Assembly (NCBI RefSeq): GCF_006345805.1
Contig: NW_021836540.1
Coordinates: forward strand, 1 to 26,294
Direction: 5' to 3'
DNA: 26,294 bases
Source of the DNA: Octopus sinensis
Lineage: Eukaryota
Shown here: in pieces, positions 21,366 through 26,294 of the stretch
Position numbering within the stretch: position 1 is the first letter of the stretch
Layout: the number at the start of each line of letters is the position of its first letter
Notes under the pieces: generated by a model
Database searches by the model: none
Seen by the model: only the letters and a program-made list of their open reading frames with translations
What the model was told of the DNA's origin: nothing
Position numbers and translations under genes: made by a program

Positions 21366-21887
21366 CCACAACTACGGCGACCTTTGAGAACCAGGAATTG
21401 ACACTCATATTAAATGTGTGTCTTGCACCATTTTGTCCAATTTGAGAAAGAAAGAAAATATTTTTTCTAATGGCTTCACTTGTAATTGAGTAAATATTAA
21501 TGTCTTCAAAATTCTTTCGACAGAAAAGGATTGGCGGAAACATTAGATTCTTGTATAAAGGCACCAATTACCTCAAATATAATTTCCACACTTCTGTTCC
21601 ACAATTTCTTCGTCTTGTTGATTAGTTCCTGCCATATCTTAACTCTCTTAATTTCTTTTAATATCCGTTCCACTTTTATGCTGGGATGAAAACTCAAGAA
21701 CGTTGTTCTTTCTGTGTTCTGTGTTTAGTCTGTTTCAATAATACGGCCAGTCTTGAAGAAATCTCATAACCTCTTCTAATAATTCTTCAGGATGGCAGCT
21801 CTTGATTCGTGTTCCATCATTTCACATCCACAAACTAAGCCAACATTACAAGACATTCCTTCACGGACACAGACATGTCAGTGTTTA

Positions 21888-22110
21888 GGCGGCGAGCTGG
21901 CAGAAACGTTTGCACGCCGGGCGAAATGCTTAGTGGTATTTCGACTGCGGTTACGTTCTGAGTTCAAATTCCGCCGAGGTCGACTTTGCCTTTCATCCTT
22001 TCGGGGTCGATTAAATAAGTACCAGTTACGCACTGGGGACGATGTAATCTACTTAATCCATTTGTCTGTCCTTATCTGTCCTTGTTTGTTTTGTGAGTAG
22101 TAAAGAAATA
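21888..22110 (+). mobile_element. tRNA-derived SINE (octopus-type high-copy family), full head
   Basis: Head GGCGGCGAGCTGGCAGAAACG with an A-box-like motif, B-box GAGTTCAAATTCC (21960-72), central GCCTTTCATCCTTTCGGGGTCGAT domain, tail GTAAAGAAATA. Confidence 0.85.
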
Positions 22111-22294
22111 GGTATTTCGTCTGCCGCTACGTTCTGAGTTCAAATTCCGCCGTGGTCAACTTTGCCTTTCATCCTTTCGGGGTCGATAAATAAAGTGCCA
22201 GTTTTGCACTGGAGTCGATGTAATCGACTTAATCCGTTTGTCTGTCCTTATTTGTCCCCTCTATGTTTAGCCCCTTGTGGGCAGTAAAGAAATA
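22111..22294 (+). mobile_element. Second, 5'-truncated tandem copy of the same SINE
   Basis: Starts GGTATTTCGTC (equivalent to 21935 of unit 1) immediately after the unit 1 tail. It has the B-box, no A-box and the same GTAAAGAAATA tail. Confidence 0.85.
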
Positions 22295-23504
22295 TATTCC
22301 TTTTGTGTAAGTACTGCACTCTTTTAGCAGAGAGTTCATACTTTCGCCCCTTTTGTCTTCATTCTGTATTTAATGTTCGATTGAATCTTATTACACTTTG
22401 TCTTTATCAAACTCTTTATTCTTAAACGACCCCAATCAGTAATTCCGTCTTCGTTGTAGCTTTCCATGTCTAAGCGCAACTGGTGTTCTTTGTATCGAAC
22501 TTGCTCGGTTTCTTTCATGAATTTCTCATGTAATTCTTTTTCTGTTAAATTCTTTATCTTGTTCTCAAAGTTCTTGAAGTCTTTTTATTATTTCAGTGTT
22601 TCTAACTGCAGACGACAGTATTCCCTCCCCAAGCACAACATAGATTTACAAACCCCAAATCGCAATAGTAATGGTGTCTTCTGTATTTAACAAACATCTA
22701 TTCCTTTCACGTCTTTATAAACAGAGCTTAACGAAATTGCATTTAGAGTATAGGTGAAAATAGCTTCAATTCCCTCCAATTTCAGTGACTCTACTTCTGT
22801 CCAGTTTAAAAAAGGAGCAGAGTATCCTTGAACTGGTATGTCTCACATAAGGATGGCTTTGATGCTTCCATTTTTAGCCGCATTATTTATCTTACGCTAC
22901 TTTCAGCCGTTGACTGCAACTTCGAATTTCTCTGATTGGTACTTATTGATCTTTCACTATATATTGAACTGCTAAGCTGTGCTTCGGCACGCATGCACGC
23001 GCACACTCACACACACATTGTGTGTGTATGAGTGCGTGTGTGTGCATGTGCGCAAGATCACTGGTGGTATCTCAACACCATGTGGTGTGGGTGTTAGTAT
23101 CAGTTGTATTTCCAGACCAATGAAACTTATCTGTTGCTTTTGGGACGGGTTTGACTCCTGTTCAGCGAATAATCTGAGTGAATGTCTTCTCCAACCGAAA
23201 CTTTTCAGTGAGTATGAACTCAGCATCTAAAATAACGGAACTAATACTGCACAGTCTTTTATCTGACGCTCGGATGATTCTCTCAGCAAATAACAACAAG
23301 AGCACTCAGAGAGAGCAAACCTCTGTCGAAGCAACACCAATGTCCTCTCAACGATTAGCCGGAGAGGATTTTTAAAATGAGAATATCTGAGATAAACTCG
23401 ATTGCTCTCACAAATGAGAATATTAAAAATGAACCCGACTGCTCTCAAAAATTAAGCAAAAAAAAATCGAAACGGAAAATTAATCCAGAATCCTTGTCCG
23501 GTAC

Positions 23505-23600
23505 CGGATCGATCCCAAAATCTAATCAGTTCGTGCCAGTCACAAGGCCAAACATCCCTGAAAGTTTCATCGGAATCCATCGAGCGGTTCTTGAGGTCAC
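23505..23600. repeat. Fragment of a common invertebrate interspersed repeat (possibly Helitron/Helentron-derived)
   Basis: CCCAAAATCTAATCAGTTCGTGCCAGTCAC..CCCTGAAAGTTTCATCGGAATCCATCGAGCGGTTCTTGAG; resemblance recalled, not searched. Confidence 0.35.
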
Positions 23601-23984
23601 TAAGGCGGAGGTAATAATTACAGTAACAACAACAAATACCAAACTCTACGTTCTGAGTTCAAACCACGTTCGTGCTTATTATTAATCTGATCTGGGTAAA
23701 AAAAAAACAACCAAAAGAACATCAAACAGAATTTTAGACAATGCGTAAACAGCAAGTTATTGGAGATCTGTCTAATCAACATAAGGTAATGAAATAATGA
23801 AAGCATCTCGGGATGGTGGCGTCGGGGGATGAGATAGTGGGGGCGTCAGTGGTGATGGGGGGAGGGTGTTAGCTGTGGTATGACGGTGGAATGACGGTGT
23901 TTGCGTACTGTCTTTTGCTAGAGAAGAAAGAAAATCTGGTAATTGGAGAATGACGATTTCTTGAAATAAACAGTAAACAAATGC

Positions 23985-24044
23985 ACTCACACACACACAC
24001 GCACGCACACACACACACGCACACACACACACACACACACACAT

Positions 24045-24075
<31 letters not shown>

Positions 24076-25103
24076 TACACGTGCGCGCAAACGTAAAAGC
24101 GCACGCATAAAAACACGGACGCATACAAAGAAATAAAGAAGAGGAAAAAAGGTGAAAAAAAGAAGCGAAGAGAGTAAGAATGGTTAGAATCATTTTAATG
24201 CGATACTTTGATATTTTTCCAATTTGGCTGCGATGGCTGCAGCGCTAAAATATGTTCTAGACATGTTTCCGTTATAAATATATATATATATATATATATT
24301 ATATTTATATATTTACATTGATATACATTGATATACATACATGCGGGTATATATATATATGTTATATATACATATATACATACATATATATATATATATA
24401 ACATATATATATATGTATGTATGTATGTATATATATATATAATATATATATATACATACTTACAAACACACATATATATATATACATATATATATTATAT
24501 AATTATATATATACATACATATATATACATATATATATGTATTGTATATATATATATATATATATATAGACATGCATATACATTTATACGTATTTATGCA
24601 TGTGTGCGCGCATGTGTGCATGGAGTGTGTGTATTCCAATGCATGCAAACATAGACACATATGTATATATACAAATAGAGGTACATGCTTATAAATGTTC
24701 ACACACACACACACACACACACATACACAAACACACACATACACATCACGCACATATGTATATATACACGCACAAATATGTATGCATAAATCTATCTATA
24801 TCTTTATAATTATAGATAAATATGTATATGTTTCTATATATATATATGTATGTATACAAATGTATATGCGTGTATAATAGAGTGCCTGTGTGTATTTATG
24901 TATGACCATCCAACCACCCATATACCACACACATGCACACAGGCAAACACACACACACATATATATATATTTGTATATATATATGTGTGTATATACATGT
25001 ATACATATGTATTATATGTATATGCATGTAATATCTATATCTATATATACATATAACTATCTATCTATCAATCTATAATATATATATATGTGTTGTGTGT
25101 GTG

Positions 25104-25145
<42 letters not shown>
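23985..25145. repeat. (CA)n, (TA)n, (TATG)n and (TG)n microsatellite-rich block
   Basis: Read directly from the sequence. Confidence 0.9.
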
Positions 25146-25151
<6 letters not shown>

Positions 25152-25679
25152 CTATTTTCGAGACTTGGAGGCGTTCTTTTACGTCGAAATGATGATTATT
25201 TTCCGTTGAAAACTTGTTCGGTTGCATAAGCAAGTAATAAGGGTTAATTATATCTCTTATTAGATATCCAGTTGATTTGACTTGCTGTCAGTTCATTACA
25301 AACAGAAGGGATTTAGCTGTTTTAATAGTACACTGAGGGGATACCTTACTCGGCTTCACAGTTTTGTCTCTTTTGCAGTTTTCAATATCTTTCTCTGCAA
25401 GATTTCTACATTGATTTCCATATTAATTAAGAAGGACAGTGTTGCTGACATATCAACAATGATTTAGCCACCGATACCGACATGGTATAGTGCGGCACAA
25501 AATAATATACTGATTGTCTATTTGGTATAGTACTGGTGTACATATTTTAGATTTGGACTAGATGTTATAGTACGGGGCCAAATACTAGGGGAGCTAGAGG
25601 AGCAATGAGTACAGGTAGTGCCTTTTATGTTTAGTCCATTACACCCAACCTGGTAGGTTAGACACGCATCAGTGGGTCT

Positions 25680-26250
25680 CACTCACTCCTTAAATCTCTT
25701 ATGTGCTGGCTCCAATTTCCACATTCCGTTACACCGACTCACCTCGTGACAGGGTGATGGTGACACTCTAACCACTAGTCGTGGATGAGTCTTACGAAGA
25801 ACAGCGACCAAGTGTCCGTGAGTGAATGCGATCCACATAATACTTTGTGGATCTCGGCTAGCAGTGAACAGAGAGAGCTCGGTTTACGGTGTCTTTCCTA
25901 AATGCAAATTGCTGGGCTTCAGGTTAGTAATCTATCCCTGGATAAAAAAAAACCTCAAGCAACGAAAGCCTGGCAGCATCGGACGAAGAGGTCCGACGCC
26001 CACTGTCCGTTACCATCATGTAAGCGCCGACTGGGTTGGCTGGAACATGTCGCAAGACGACCAATGAACATACTCAGCACCCAAGTCCTTAATGGAAACC
26101 CCAAAGGCTGCGATTGAGGGAATATTTCAGACGATCAAAAGGGATATTCAATGGCATGTTACCCTGTGGGTCTCTACTGACCAATTGTGCACTTGTATGT
26201 TGACAGTCGCAGACGTCGCTCGACGAGGGAAGACTTAAGCCTAAGTGTAA
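25680..26250 (+). mobile_element. RTE-clade LINE remnant; 5'UTR-like segment joined to C-terminal coding end
   Basis: KRRLGWLEHVARR (26022-26060) matches the RTE C-terminal RRLRWLGHVARM-type motif and is followed by TIKRDIQ and a TAAG-like tail. GGTTAGTAATCTATCCCTGGATAAAAAAA (25922-25951) resembles RTE 5'UTR ends. Confidence 0.55.
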
Positions 26251-26294
26251 ATACTATGGCAACAGTAGACATGTTATGATAGACTAAATGGTTT

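Larger units (their letters stand above)
21450..22920 (-). mobile_element. Degenerate R4/Dong-like non-LTR retrotransposon, 3' half, interrupted by a SINE dimer
   Basis: Minus-strand fragments in expected order: KNGSIKAI..IPVQGYSAPFLNWTEVE (~22780-22880), KELHEKFMKETEQ (~22500-22545), HPEELLE (~21780-21805), KEIKRVKIWQELINKTKKLWNRSVEIIFEVIGAF (restriction-like endonuclease C-terminus, 21560-21665). Confidence 0.65.

Noticed and set aside
20429-21445. 338-aa ORF, the longest in the track
   Set aside because: It is built from (TA)n, (CA)n, (CAC)n, (ACT)n and (AAT)n repeats, overlapping frames are open too, and no domain is recognisable.
21888-21975. tRNA gene
   Set aside because: A/B boxes are present but no cloverleaf, and the sequence continues into SINE body and tail.
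25780-25810. GGATGAG-TCTT-ACGAAG hammerhead-like string
   Set aside because: Both conserved boxes are mutated and there is no cleavage triplet before the putative stem I.

Overview
AT-rich, microsatellite-dense animal genomic DNA. The SINE-like repeats resemble those of octopus genomes; this taxon assignment is an inference. I could not identify any host protein-coding gene, and nearly all ORFs in the track are simple-repeat artefacts. The centrepiece is an apparently young, full-length 5.3-kb Penelope-like retroelement (PLE, 6010-11341, +) sitting in a (TA)n microsatellite. It has two ~800-bp direct repeats (pseudo-LTRs, ~98-99% identical) and an RT plus C-terminal GIY-YIG ORF (6869-9699). 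The ORF is broken by 12 single-base frameshifts, mostly at homopolymer runs. Each pLTR carries an identical type I hammerhead ribozyme (6575-6665 and 11107-11197) with a palindromic minimal stem III and an unusually long ~60-nt stem II. The rest of the window holds decayed mobile DNA: a Chapaev3/CMC-like transposase relic, an R4/Dong-like LINE split by a SINE dimer, an L1/Tx1-like remnant, a possibly internally deleted RTE, several tRNA-derived SINEs and a ~196-bp near-perfect palindrome.
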